Shown: positions 10,630 through 19,423, counted from the first letter of the stretch. The stretch is DNA of 64,000 bases from an uncultured Pseudomonadota bacterium (GCA_963836235.1 CAWIIP010000002.1:1600001-1664000), one strand, 5' to 3'. Translations and numbers: made by a program. The notes: generated by a model not told the origin, from the letters alone.

Positions 10630-10836
10630 AAGTATTTCTATTGTAGGGTTGAGAATGAATATTTCAAGAAATAGACACGGAATAAAGCAACGACGATTTC
10701 GAGAAACGTTCGAATAGGCCTGAAGTTTGAGGGGTTTAATCGAAAAGCAATTTACGGCCGGTTTTTCCTTCTTGAATTCTTCTGGTTGAACCCCGAATTA
10801 AATGTAGAATAAGCCCCGAATTTCAAGGAGTTTCCC

Positions 10837-11946
10837 ATGGCCGACCAATTCAAGATATCCCGTCAAAATATTTTTGTCATTGCTTTCTTCGTTTTTTTGA
10901 TCGGGCTTTTAAGCCTTCTTTTTTCCCTCTTGGAGCCTTTCCTCCGGTCTTTCGTTTGGGCCACCATTTTCGTTATGGTTTTTTACCCATTTTATTCCTG
11001 GCTTTACCACCAGACGGGAAGGCGTTCGAGCCTGGCGGCCTTTATTTCCACCCTTGTCGTGCTGGCTTTCCTTGCCTTGCCTGGCTTTTTTATTGTCATC
11101 AATCTTGGAAGGGAACTTCCTAAAGCTTACGCTTTCCTTTCCACGGCCCAATGGGATGAAACAAGCCAATGGTTCATGGGGAAACTGAAAGATTTCAACG
11201 TCGGATCTTGGCTTCAAAATTGGGGGATCGACTCGAGCCAATATGAAGCCGTCATTCAAAAGCAAATTTCCACGGCCTTAGAGAATTTTTCCCACTTGGT
11301 CTTACAAAAATTTTCTGAGGCTTTTCAAAACATCGCCGGATTTTCCTTGGAGGTGGCTTTCGTTTGCGTCGCTCTTTTCTTCTTTTTTCGGGATGGGGCC
11401 CGGCTGGCCTTGCGGGTGACGGAATTATTGCCGCTTGAAAAGAACCACCGACAAAAAGTTGTTCATACCTTTTCCGTGACGGTAACGGCGGTAGTGCGGG
11501 CCATTTTTCTTACCGCTTTGGCCCAGGGTTTCATGGCGGGAATAGGTTTTGTGGTGGCGGGTGTGCCGGTTCCCATTCTTTTAGGGTTGGTGGCTTTCGT
11601 AAACTCGTTTATTCCTTTTCTCGGAGCCGCTTCCGTTTGGGTTCCGGTGGCGGTATGGCTTATTTATCAAGGCCATAGCATTGCGGCGGTGGGACTCATT
11701 CTTTGGGGCATTGTTATCACGTTTGTGGATTATGTGTTGAAGCCTTGGATTATAGGGAGCGAGGCCAAGCTACCCCTTTTCTGGCTATTCTTCACCACTA
11801 TCGGCGGTTTGAAGGTTTATGGCATTTTGGGGATATTCCTGGGTCCGATTATTCTTTCCCTGGGAATGGCTTTTCTAGCTATTTATCGTGAAGTCTACTT
11901 GGATTTGAAAAAACCGCTTTCCCACCGGGGGAGCGCTGAATCCTAG
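10837..11946 (+). CDS. AI-2E family transporter
   Basis: FFFFRDG, SFIPFLGA, DYVLKP and GG...GILGIFLGP motifs. AAGGAG RBS. Confidence 0.92.
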   Translation: MADQFKISRQNIFVIAFFVFLIGLLSLLFSLLEPFLRSFVWATIFVMVFYPFYSWLYHQTGRRSSLAAFISTLVVLAFLALPGFFIVINLGRELPKAYAFLSTAQWDETSQWFMGKLKDFNVGSWLQNWGIDSSQYEAVIQKQISTALENFSHLVLQKFSEAFQNIAGFSLEVAFVCVALFFFFRDGARLALRVTELLPLEKNHRQKVVHTFSVTVTAVVRAIFLTALAQGFMAGIGFVVAGVPVPILLGLVAFVNSFIPFLGAASVWVPVAVWLIYQGHSIAAVGLILWGIVITFVDYVLKPWIIGSEAKLPLFWLFFTTIGGLKVYGILGIFLGPIILSLGMAFLAIYREVYLDLKKPLSHRGSAES

Positions 11947-12061
11947 GGCTTAAATCTTTTTTTTTTAACGAAAAGGTTTTTTATTTTTCGGACGATTGCT
12001 TTCTACATAAAGATTGACCAAAAATGATGTGAAATCCACTCTTCTTTTTCTAGGAGCAACT

Positions 12062-13204
12062 ATGCGCTACCGTTGGCTGGGAAACACCGGGCTTCGAGTA
12101 AGTGAAATCGGTTTTGGGGCTTGGGCCATCGGCGGAAAATGGTGGGGTCCCCAGGATGATATGGACTCCCGTTTGGCCCTTCATAAGGCATTAGATATGG
12201 GTTGTACCTTTATCGATACCGCTTGGGTTTACGGAGATGGGCACAGTGAAAAGTTAATTGGTTCAGTCCTCAAAGATCGCCACGAACGGCCAGTGATTGC
12301 CACGAAGGTGCCCCCCAAAAATTGGAATTGGGATAATCGGCCTGGCACCCCTCTTTCGGAGACTTTCCCCTCGGGGTGGGTGGTCTCCAAAGCCGAGGAA
12401 TCCCTTCAGAATTTGGGAGTAGACTGCCTGGATGTCCTGCAAATGCATACTTGGCTCCAGGATTGGAACCACCAGGCGGAACCTCTTTTGGCGACGGTTG
12501 CCCGTTTGAAGCGAGAAGGGAAGATACGCGCGTTTGGCATTTCTTTAAGGGACAAGGGGCCGGAAGAAGCCAATGATCTCATCCGTTGGCGGCAGGTGGA
12601 CAGCCTCCAGATATTTTTCAACCTTTTTTACCAGGACCCTATTTGGAAGGTTTTTCCCCTGGCCCAACAATATGGGGTGGGTGTCATTGCCCGGGTTCCC
12701 TTGGCTTTCGGCGCATTGAGCGGACGCTTTACACCGAAGACCCGCTTTTATGGGGACGACCATCGACGGAATCTTTATTCCGGTGAAGGTTTGAAGGACA
12801 CTTTGAAAAAAGTAGAAAAATTGAAATTTCTTTCCTCGAAATCCATGCCCCTCAGCGAAGCGGCGATTAAGTGGACCTTAAACTATCCGGCGGTTTCAAC
12901 TTCTATACCCGGCATCCGTAACTTAAACCAAGCGGCGGTTAATTGCGCGGCAGGCGATGGAGAAAAGGTTTCATCTTCAACTGTCCAAAAATCCGAAAAG
13001 CTATACAAGGTTAATTTCGGCCTCCCGGTCAAGACCTTATCCTCCGACGAAGGAATCCAAGCTGTTTTCATGTCCGGTATCCGTTTGGCGGCACTCTCCA
13101 ATAAGAAGTTGAAAAAGGGGTCGGCGAAAAAAACGGGTTCAGGAAAATCCCCCAAATTGCGGAAGGCGGTAAAAAAAAGCCGTCCCAAAAAGAAAAAAAA
13201 GTGA
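12062..13204 (+). CDS. Aldo/keto reductase with Lys-rich C-terminal tail
   Basis: MRYRWLGNTGLRVSEIGFGAW, IDTAWVYGDGHSE, ATKV and SIPGIRN motifs. ATG 12062 follows AGGAG. Confidence 0.92.
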   Translation: MRYRWLGNTGLRVSEIGFGAWAIGGKWWGPQDDMDSRLALHKALDMGCTFIDTAWVYGDGHSEKLIGSVLKDRHERPVIATKVPPKNWNWDNRPGTPLSETFPSGWVVSKAEESLQNLGVDCLDVLQMHTWLQDWNHQAEPLLATVARLKREGKIRAFGISLRDKGPEEANDLIRWRQVDSLQIFFNLFYQDPIWKVFPLAQQYGVGVIARVPLAFGALSGRFTPKTRFYGDDHRRNLYSGEGLKDTLKKVEKLKFLSSKSMPLSEAAIKWTLNYPAVSTSIPGIRNLNQAAVNCAAGDGEKVSSSTVQKSEKLYKVNFGLPVKTLSSDEGIQAVFMSGIRLAALSNKKLKKGSAKKTGSGKSPKLRKAVKKSRPKKKKK

Positions 13205-13758
13205 TCAAACCGTGGAAAAAGAATAAACAATCCGTGGACTATGACTGTGGTTTTTTCCAAGTCCAGGTGCACCAAAGCGCCTCCCCTACGACAGGTAAGG
13301 AACATCCTTTTTATGTTCTTTCGACAAGAAATTGGACCAATATTGTCGCGCTCACCCAGGATAAAAAAATGCTAATGGTTTCCCAATACCGACATGGAAC
13401 GGGCGAGGTAAGTTTGGAAATTCCCGGTGGGGCCGTGGACCTTCAGGAAGAACCCTTGAAAGCCGCCCAAAGGGAATTACGGGAAGAAACTGGTTACGAA
13501 TCCTCCCAATGGCATTTTCTTGGGCAAGTGCGCCCCAATCCGGCCATCTTGAGCAACACCTGTTACTTATATTTGGCTTTGGACGCAAAACATGTGGCGG
13601 ATTTGGATTTGGACGAAGCGGAAGAACTGGAAGTTAGCCTGCATGACTTGAACGAAATTTCCAGCCTTATTCGAAGTGGCAAAATCCAACATTCTCTAGT
13701 AGTCGCCGCTTTCCATTTATTTGATCTTTTCCAAAAAGAAAATCCTGGCAAAGTTTAA
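13201..13758 (+). CDS. Nudix hydrolase (ADP-ribose pyrophosphatase-like)
   Basis: Nudix box EIPGGAVD..EEPLKAAQRELREETG and a QYRH motif. Confidence 0.92.
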   Translation: MIKPWKKNKQSVDYDCGFFQVQVHQSASPTTGKEHPFYVLSTRNWTNIVALTQDKKMLMVSQYRHGTGEVSLEIPGGAVDLQEEPLKAAQRELREETGYESSQWHFLGQVRPNPAILSNTCYLYLALDAKHVADLDLDEAEELEVSLHDLNEISSLIRSGKIQHSLVVAAFHLFDLFQKENPGKV

Positions 13759-13915
13759 AAAAACAATTTTAGTCTTTCTTTCCGCCTAATCTGTTAAACA
13801 GTTCAGGGCGGAAAAAGAAAAACCCTAAAGACCCACTTGCGGGCTTTTCAAAAGAGGAGTAGCGTAGTTTCACGATTCCTTTCCAATGTTCGTCATAATA
13901 TGAAAGAGGTGTTTT

Positions 13916-14500
13916 ATGTCCCGTATTTGTGTTTTCATCGATGGAAGCAATCTTTATTTCGCCCTCAAGCGTAATAATAAGATGACCCGGGTGGATTATT
14001 ACCAATTTTCACTCGCGCTCACGGGAGAGCGCAGAAAGCTGGTCCGAACTTACTATTACAACGCGGTGTTTGACGCGGCCCATTTTTCCGACAAGGCTAA
14101 AAGCCAGCAATCTTTTTTTGATTCCCTCGACCGTACGCCTTATTTGGAGCTTCGGCTCGGACGCATTATCCAAAACCGGGAAGGCCACCGAATGGAGAAG
14201 GGCGTGGATGTGCGCATGGCCGCCGACATGGTTTATTACGCCGCCCGGGATTTTTACGACACGGCCATCGTGGTGACCGAGGACCAGGATTTTTCCCCCG
14301 CGATGGGGCTGGTCAAGGAACTGGGCAAGCACGTGGAACTGGCGGTGTTTCCAGACGCTCAAAGCCGGGAAATGATCCGGGTAGCGGATAAGATTTTAAG
14401 TTTGGATGAAATCGTTAACGGCCAGGCGGCCCATATTTTCCCACCGTCCCAAAATGCGGAAGACCGCGCGCCGGACGCGGAAATGGCATTCGGCGTTTAA
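13916..14500 (+). CDS. NYN domain (LabA/DUF88, PIN-like) protein
   Basis: FIDGSNLY, EKGVDV and VTEDQDF motifs. Confidence 0.9.
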   Translation: MSRICVFIDGSNLYFALKRNNKMTRVDYYQFSLALTGERRKLVRTYYYNAVFDAAHFSDKAKSQQSFFDSLDRTPYLELRLGRIIQNREGHRMEKGVDVRMAADMVYYAARDFYDTAIVVTEDQDFSPAMGLVKELGKHVELAVFPDAQSREMIRVADKILSLDEIVNGQAAHIFPPSQNAEDRAPDAEMAFGV

Positions 14501-14509
14501 AAGGATGCT

Positions 14510-14640
14510 GAAAAAGTCTGAAAAACAGACTTTTTCCTTTATGCGAACGAGCCACGGGTAATAAAACCTATATTTTTAGTGGTTCGTTCCATTCCATGGC
14601 TGTCGACAAGGCGCTGAAAAATACATTTTCAGCGCCTTGT
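14510..14640. terminator. Cluster of three hairpins between convergent genes (bidirectional terminator or MITE remnant)
   Basis: GAAAAAGTCTG/CAGACTTTTTC; GAACGAGCCAC/GTGGTTCGTTC; perfect 15-bp stem ACAAGGCGCTGAAAA/TTTTCAGCGCCTTGT at 14606-14640. Confidence 0.55.
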
Positions 14641-14704
14641 TAAATTTTACAATCATTTAATTTTTGGAAAATATTTAAAAGTCCGCTTTGTGGACTTTTT
14701 GTTT

Positions 14705-15679
14705 TTAAGACAGTTTGTTTCTAAAAAGATCCAATTGTTTGTCTCCAAAAAGGGCCCTCCACCTCGTCCTCAACCTCCATTTTTCCCTGAAAAATTTTAT
14801 TTTTCCATAAAGCGATTCAATGTAGCTTTCCGGGGGATAAGCCCTGGAGCCGTAAAGCTTCAAGGTTTGTTCAAAAGCGGACCTGTCATATTTTTTTAGC
14901 ACATGATAATAGTAGCCTTTCACCACTTGTCCTCGAAGCCTCAGAACGTTGTAAACAAAATAATCCACCCCTATTTCAGCCGCCTTTTGAACCATTCCTT
15001 CGATCGCTTCATCAGTGTCGGTTACGAAGGGGATGATAGGCATGAGGTGGATACCGCAGGGGATTCCATGGGCCTTTAACCGGCGAAGGGCTTCGAGGCG
15101 CCTCTCAATAGGAACCGCGTGGGGTTCCAAAAATTTTTGTAAAACCGGATTCAAGGTGGTCAAGGTCATGGCCACGCCCCCATCCGCCCGGTCCACCACG
15201 TCCTTTAAAACGTCCAAGTCCCTCAAGACCAAATCCGACTTAGTCGAAAAAACAGCCGGCCAAGCGTATTTGGCCAAAAGTTTGAAAGCACCCCGCGCCA
15301 GACCGTATTTTTTTTCCGCGGGTTGGTAGGGATCGGTGGCGGCTCCTAGGCTGATCCAGTCCCTTTTCCGCCGGGGGTTTGAAAGTTCCAGTTCGAGAAC
15401 CTCCAACAGATTGACTTTGACCTGAATTTTCCTTTGGAAATCAAAAGAGTTTTGGAAACCCAGAAACCAATGGGTGTAGCGGGCGAAGCAAAAGGGGCAG
15501 CCATGGCGGCAACCTCGGTATAAGTTAAGGGTGTAGTAAAAAGGTTTGGAACTGTAAGGCAGCCGGGTGTGGTGAAGGGCGGATTTTACCTTTATTTCGA
15601 TGTATTCCACTTCCCGGGGATCATCATCCACTTCGGTATAAGTGGGCGAAAAAGAAGTTGAAAGGGGAGGTTCCATCAA
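14705..15679 (-). CDS. Radical SAM protein, SplB/Rv2578c-like (COG1533) putative DNA repair enzyme
   Basis: LNLYRGCRHGCPFCFAR (CxxxCxxC), TDPYQPAE, STKSDLVLRDLD and LEP motifs. Confidence 0.88.
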   Translation of the reverse strand: MMEPPLSTSFSPTYTEVDDDPREVEYIEIKVKSALHHTRLPYSSKPFYYTLNLYRGCRHGCPFCFARYTHWFLGFQNSFDFQRKIQVKVNLLEVLELELSNPRRKRDWISLGAATDPYQPAEKKYGLARGAFKLLAKYAWPAVFSTKSDLVLRDLDVLKDVVDRADGGVAMTLTTLNPVLQKFLEPHAVPIERRLEALRRLKAHGIPCGIHLMPIIPFVTDTDEAIEGMVQKAAEIGVDYFVYNVLRLRGQVVKGYYYHVLKKYDRSAFEQTLKLYGSRAYPPESYIESLYGKIKFFREKWRLRTRWRALFGDKQLDLFRNKLS

Positions 15680-15703
15680 TAAAACCGCCGGAAGGAAAAA
15701 CAG

Positions 15704-16210
15704 TTATTTGGTGAAGCTGGAGTTTCGATAAAAAAAGAAAAGGTTGGGGGAAAGTCCGCCCGACAGTTGAAGACTTTGATGGATTCGTTCGGCGGTTCGC
15801 AGAAAAGACTCTGTGGATTCAGAAAGTTTTTCGGAAGTAATCAATTTAATCCATCGTGGTTCCTCATCCCAAAATTCCCCCCCGCGGTCTCCGGTAGGCG
15901 CAGATTTTTCTTTCAGAAAGGTTAGAAATTCGGAAAGAGAAAAAGATCCTTTCAGGGTAACTCGGGTGGAAAGCCCCTTTGGCCAAATGAGAAAATCCAA
16001 AAGCTCATACTGTCCCAATAGCTCGCCTTTTAACAGCGACTGAACTAGATGGTGGGCGGCTGGAAGTTCCTTTAGCAACGGACGAGAAGATGCCGTTCGT
16101 AGCGCAATCTCGTAAGTGAAATTTTCTTTAGAGAAAGAATAACGAAAAGGTGTTTCCCGCGCTTGCGGAAGCAGGGGAACCGAATAATAAGGCATAGACA
16201 TCTCCACCAT
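15704..16210 (-). CDS. Hypothetical protein, probable inactive Y1/RAYT (IS200-like) transposase fold
   Basis: Colinear resemblance to RAYT blocks, but the HUH motif and catalytic Tyr are absent (see findings). Lies between lexA and the radical SAM gene with gaps of 30 and 24 nt. Confidence 0.55.
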   Translation of the reverse strand: MVEMSMPYYSVPLLPQARETPFRYSFSKENFTYEIALRTASSRPLLKELPAAHHLVQSLLKGELLGQYELLDFLIWPKGLSTRVTLKGSFSLSEFLTFLKEKSAPTGDRGGEFWDEEPRWIKLITSEKLSESTESFLRTAERIHQSLQLSGGLSPNLFFFYRNSSFTK

Positions 16211-16240
16211 TATTTTTAAGTTTCAAAGTCAAAACGTCCA

Positions 16241-16858
16241 TTAACGGGGGCTAAAGACACCCACGACTTTCCCGATGATCCGGAAATCCTGGCCCTCGGA
16301 AATCACGATAGGTGAATATTTTGGGTTAGCGGGTTCCAAAATCACTTTAGAACTGGTCTTGCGGAAGGTCTTTACCGTGGCTTCACCTTCAATGAGCGCT
16401 ACTACGATTTCCCCGGGCGAGGCATGGGTGGTCTGCTGCACGATCACCTTGTCGCCGGGAAGAATATGGGCGTTCAACATCGAATCGCCCCGAACCGTCA
16501 GGGCGAAAAGGTTTCGACCACCGCGCGCCATAGAAGGGTCCACGACCATGGTTCCCTCGCGGTTTTCCTCGGCCAACAAGGGTAAGCCAGCCGCTACCTT
16601 TCCTAAGATAGGAATGGAAACGCCGACGGAGGAATCGTCCACGATTTTCAACCCGCGGGCCGTATGATCCTCCCGTTCGAGATAGCCTTTTTCCTCGAGG
16701 GCCAGTAAATGTTTTCGGGCGCTTTGGGGTGAGTTCCATTTGAAGTGCCGCATGACTTCCCGCACCGTCGGAGGACGGTGGGTTTGGGTGAGATGTTCTT
16801 GGACGTAGTTCAGCACATCCCTTTGAATGTTGGTCAAGGTTTCGTCGGATGGCGCCAT
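16241..16858 (-). CDS. lexA: SOS repressor LexA
   Basis: wHTH PPTVREV...SPQSARKHLLALEEKGYL, cleavage site VAAG, catalytic Ser (GDSM) and Lys (TVKTF). ATG 16858 has a GGAGG RBS. Confidence 0.96.
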   Translation of the reverse strand: MAPSDETLTNIQRDVLNYVQEHLTQTHRPPTVREVMRHFKWNSPQSARKHLLALEEKGYLEREDHTARGLKIVDDSSVGVSIPILGKVAAGLPLLAEENREGTMVVDPSMARGGRNLFALTVRGDSMLNAHILPGDKVIVQQTTHASPGEIVVALIEGEATVKTFRKTSSKVILEPANPKYSPIVISEGQDFRIIGKVVGVFSPR

Positions 16859-16882
16859 CTTGTTCCTCCGGTTAAAATTTTC

Positions 16883-16932
16883 TTGAAAAAGAATACGGCT
16901 GTATACTAGTATACGAGTGTATTCTTCGTCAA
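16883..16932. promoter_or_regulatory. Symmetric divergent lexA/radC promoter with two putative LexA operators
   Basis: TTGAAA-AAGAATAC-GGCT-GTATACTAGTATAC-GAGT-GTATTCTT-CGTCAA. Boxes at 16891-16906 and 16909-16924. TTGA(A/C)N-N18-TAGTAT on both strands. Confidence 0.75.
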
Positions 16933-16953
16933 GCAAAAAAAGGGGTGCAAATC

Positions 16954-17682
16954 ATGGTGGAATTGGACATACAAAAAAACCTGAGCGTGGAAATCGCGAG
17001 GGAAAAGGGACTCTCCTACCAGGGACATCGCCGGCGCCTCAAGGAAAAATACGCCGCCGCGGGGGTTTCGGCCCTCCAGGATTACGAGCTTCTCGAACTG
17101 CTGCTTTCCTTTTCCATCCCGCACCGGGACACCAAACCTTACGCGAAAAAGCTGTTGGCGGTTTTTCAAAACGTCCGCCGGATATTGGAGGCGGATTCAG
17201 CCTCCCTCCAAACCCTTGGGGAATTGCCCCCCCAAAGCGCCTTGCATTTTAAGGCTATCGGGGACCTATACCGTCTGGCGAACCAAGAGGGTTTCAAGCG
17301 GGGAAGGATGATCACGAGCCCCGAGGACGTGGCTTCCTTCCTAAAGGAACAAATCGGCAGCCGTCCCCGGGAGGTTTTTACCGCCATCTTCCTGGACCAC
17401 CGGAACCACTTGTTGGCCTTCGAGCATCTACAGGAAGGAACCGTCGATCATACGGCGGTCTATCCCCGCGAGATTCTCAAGCGCGCCCTGGAACTGCACG
17501 CCACGGGCCTGATCCTCTCCCACAACCATCCGGCGGGAAGTTTGGAACCATCCGAGGGCGACAAGCAATTGACGAGGCAGGTTTTGGCCGCCGCCCGGGC
17601 CATGGGCATCACGGTGCATGATCATCTCATCTTAACCACCGAGGGGCACTTTTCCTTCCGGCAGGCGGGATTGTTGGTTTAG
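16954..17682 (+). CDS. radC: RadC/UPF0758 JAB-domain protein
   Basis: GHRRRLKEK, YELLELLL, GTVDHTAVYPRE, HNHPAG..PS..D and DHLI motifs. Start uncertain (16945/16954/16987). Confidence 0.93.
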   Translation: MVELDIQKNLSVEIAREKGLSYQGHRRRLKEKYAAAGVSALQDYELLELLLSFSIPHRDTKPYAKKLLAVFQNVRRILEADSASLQTLGELPPQSALHFKAIGDLYRLANQEGFKRGRMITSPEDVASFLKEQIGSRPREVFTAIFLDHRNHLLAFEHLQEGTVDHTAVYPREILKRALELHATGLILSHNHPAGSLEPSEGDKQLTRQVLAAARAMGITVHDHLILTTEGHFSFRQAGLLV

Positions 17683-17727
17683 GGCCGGGCGCTCGATTTT
17701 AAAAATTAATTCAAGGAGGGTCTTTTT

Positions 17728-18066
17728 ATGGAAGAAGCCGCGATGAAAGTTGTTTTGATGGTTGATCTTTTTCAAAAGGTCAAAAAGCGTGTGCCTCAAC
17801 ATTGGCGGGAAGTGAAGGATTGCATCTCCGGATTGGGATACCCGGTGGAACTCTCGGAGTTTCATGAGCTGAAGATTGAGGCGCTGTCCCACCAAAAATT
17901 ACTGATCGAATATTCGGTTTTCACCGGCGAAAACGAATGGACGCCCTGTCGTAAATTGGAAATGACTTCTTTTGACGACGAGTTAACGAGGCGGGATGGG
18001 GTTCTTTCCAAATTGAAACTGGAGAGCTTTGACCCAACCTGGGTGGAAGAATTGCAATTTTCATAA
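17728..18066 (+). CDS. Hypothetical protein, paralog of 18088-18441
   Basis: AAGGAGG RBS. Aligns by eye with the next ORF. Confidence 0.7.
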   Translation: MEEAAMKVVLMVDLFQKVKKRVPQHWREVKDCISGLGYPVELSEFHELKIEALSHQKLLIEYSVFTGENEWTPCRKLEMTSFDDELTRRDGVLSKLKLESFDPTWVEELQFS

Positions 18067-18087
18067 ATCGAAAAGGGAGGCCGCGGA

Positions 18088-18441
18088 ATGGAAAGGGATA
18101 AGAATCTTTATAAGGTCTTGATGATGTCGGGTATTTTTCGCTTGGATCACGGCTGCTGGCCGCAAAGCGCCGCCGAGCTGAAGGTTTTTACCGAGCAAAA
18201 GGGATGGAACCTGGATTTCTCGCCCTATTACAAGCTGACATTCCAAACCGACGACTGGCGCTGTCTGGTGGTTGAAGTGTCGTGGCTGGAAGATGGGGAT
18301 TGGCTGACGCGCCGCCGGTTTGAAATTGAGCCTTATTTCTTCGAGAAGGGTTTGGAACAGAGCATCCCTTTGAGGATTCGCTCCCGGGCATTGCCCCCGC
18401 ACAAGGCGGAGATTAAAACCTATTGCCCTTTGGCTTCCTAA
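18088..18441 (+). CDS. Hypothetical protein, paralog of 17728-18066
   Basis: GGGAGG RBS. Aligns by eye with the previous ORF. Confidence 0.7.
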   Translation: MERDKNLYKVLMMSGIFRLDHGCWPQSAAELKVFTEQKGWNLDFSPYYKLTFQTDDWRCLVVEVSWLEDGDWLTRRRFEIEPYFFEKGLEQSIPLRIRSRALPPHKAEIKTYCPLAS

Positions 18442-18445
18442 ATCC

Positions 18446-19258
18446 TCAAGAAGCCGGCGTGCCTTCTTCTTTCTTCTCGTCGAAGTGCATGCCCACGATG
18501 TTGGCGCCCGCGTCCACGTAAATAATCTCGCCTGTAACGCCCGATGCCCAGGAAGAGGCCAGGTAAGTCGCTGTGGAGCCCACTTCGTCTTGGCTGACGT
18601 TGCGTTTCAAGGGAGTCATTTCGCCAGCGGCTTTCATCATGGTCTTGATTCCGCCAACGGCGGAGGCGGCGAGGGTCTTGATGGGGCCCGCCGAAATCGC
18701 GTTGACGCGGATATTTTTCGGCCCTAAATCATAGGCCAGGTAGCGCACGTTGGCTTCCAAAGCGGCCTTCGCCACGCCCATGATGTTGTAGTTGGGGATG
18801 ACTTTGACGGCGCCGTAATAGGTTAAAGCGATAATACTCGCGCCATCATTCAGCAGGGGAACGGCAGGACGGGTGATAGCGATAAGGCTGTAAGCCGAAA
18901 TATCCATGGCCAGGTGGAAACCCGCGCGGCTGGTATTGGTAAAAGTTCCCGACAGGTCTTCCCGGTTGGCAAAGGCGACGCAATGGATGAGGATGTCAAA
19001 CTTACCCCAGGTTTTTTCCACTTCCTTATATAACGCCTCGATCTGGTCGTCCTTAGAGACGTCGCAGGGAAGGATCAGCTTAGCGTTCACCGATTCGGCT
19101 AGGGGGCGTACCCGCTTTTCCAGGGCTTCTCCCAGGAAGTTAAAGCCGAGTTCGGCTCCTTCCGCGTGAAAAGCCTTGGCGATGCCCCAGGCGATCGACC
19201 GGTCATTGGCGACCCCGAAAATGAAAGCTTTTTTCCCGGATAGTAATCCCATTTCCAT
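18446..19258 (-). CDS. fabI: Enoyl-ACP reductase (NADH)
   Basis: GVANDRSIAWGIA, YNIMGVAKAALE and NAISAGPIKTLAA motifs. Confidence 0.96.
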   Translation of the reverse strand: MEMGLLSGKKAFIFGVANDRSIAWGIAKAFHAEGAELGFNFLGEALEKRVRPLAESVNAKLILPCDVSKDDQIEALYKEVEKTWGKFDILIHCVAFANREDLSGTFTNTSRAGFHLAMDISAYSLIAITRPAVPLLNDGASIIALTYYGAVKVIPNYNIMGVAKAALEANVRYLAYDLGPKNIRVNAISAGPIKTLAASAVGGIKTMMKAAGEMTPLKRNVSQDEVGSTATYLASSWASGVTGEIIYVDAGANIVGMHFDEKKEEGTPAS

Positions 19259-19423
19259 TCCTCCATTGCTTTGAGAAGAGCTTCTTTGCGGACCTAACTT
19301 AACGGTTTTTCAGGGCACTTTAAAGGACAAAAAGACCGCGAATGAAAAGGAGGGTCTTTATTTTAGGACCGGCTTTCCGAATAATGTGGGCACGAAGGAA
19401 TTTCATTTACGCAAAGGCCAGGG

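Noticed and set aside
13916-14500. NYN protein as toxin or anti-phage effector
   Set aside because: Stand-alone LabA/DUF88-type gene with no antitoxin or defence neighbours.
15704-16210. Active IS200/IS605 or RAYT mobile element
   Set aside because: HUH and catalytic Tyr are missing, there is no tnpB, and the short flanks lack terminal hairpins.
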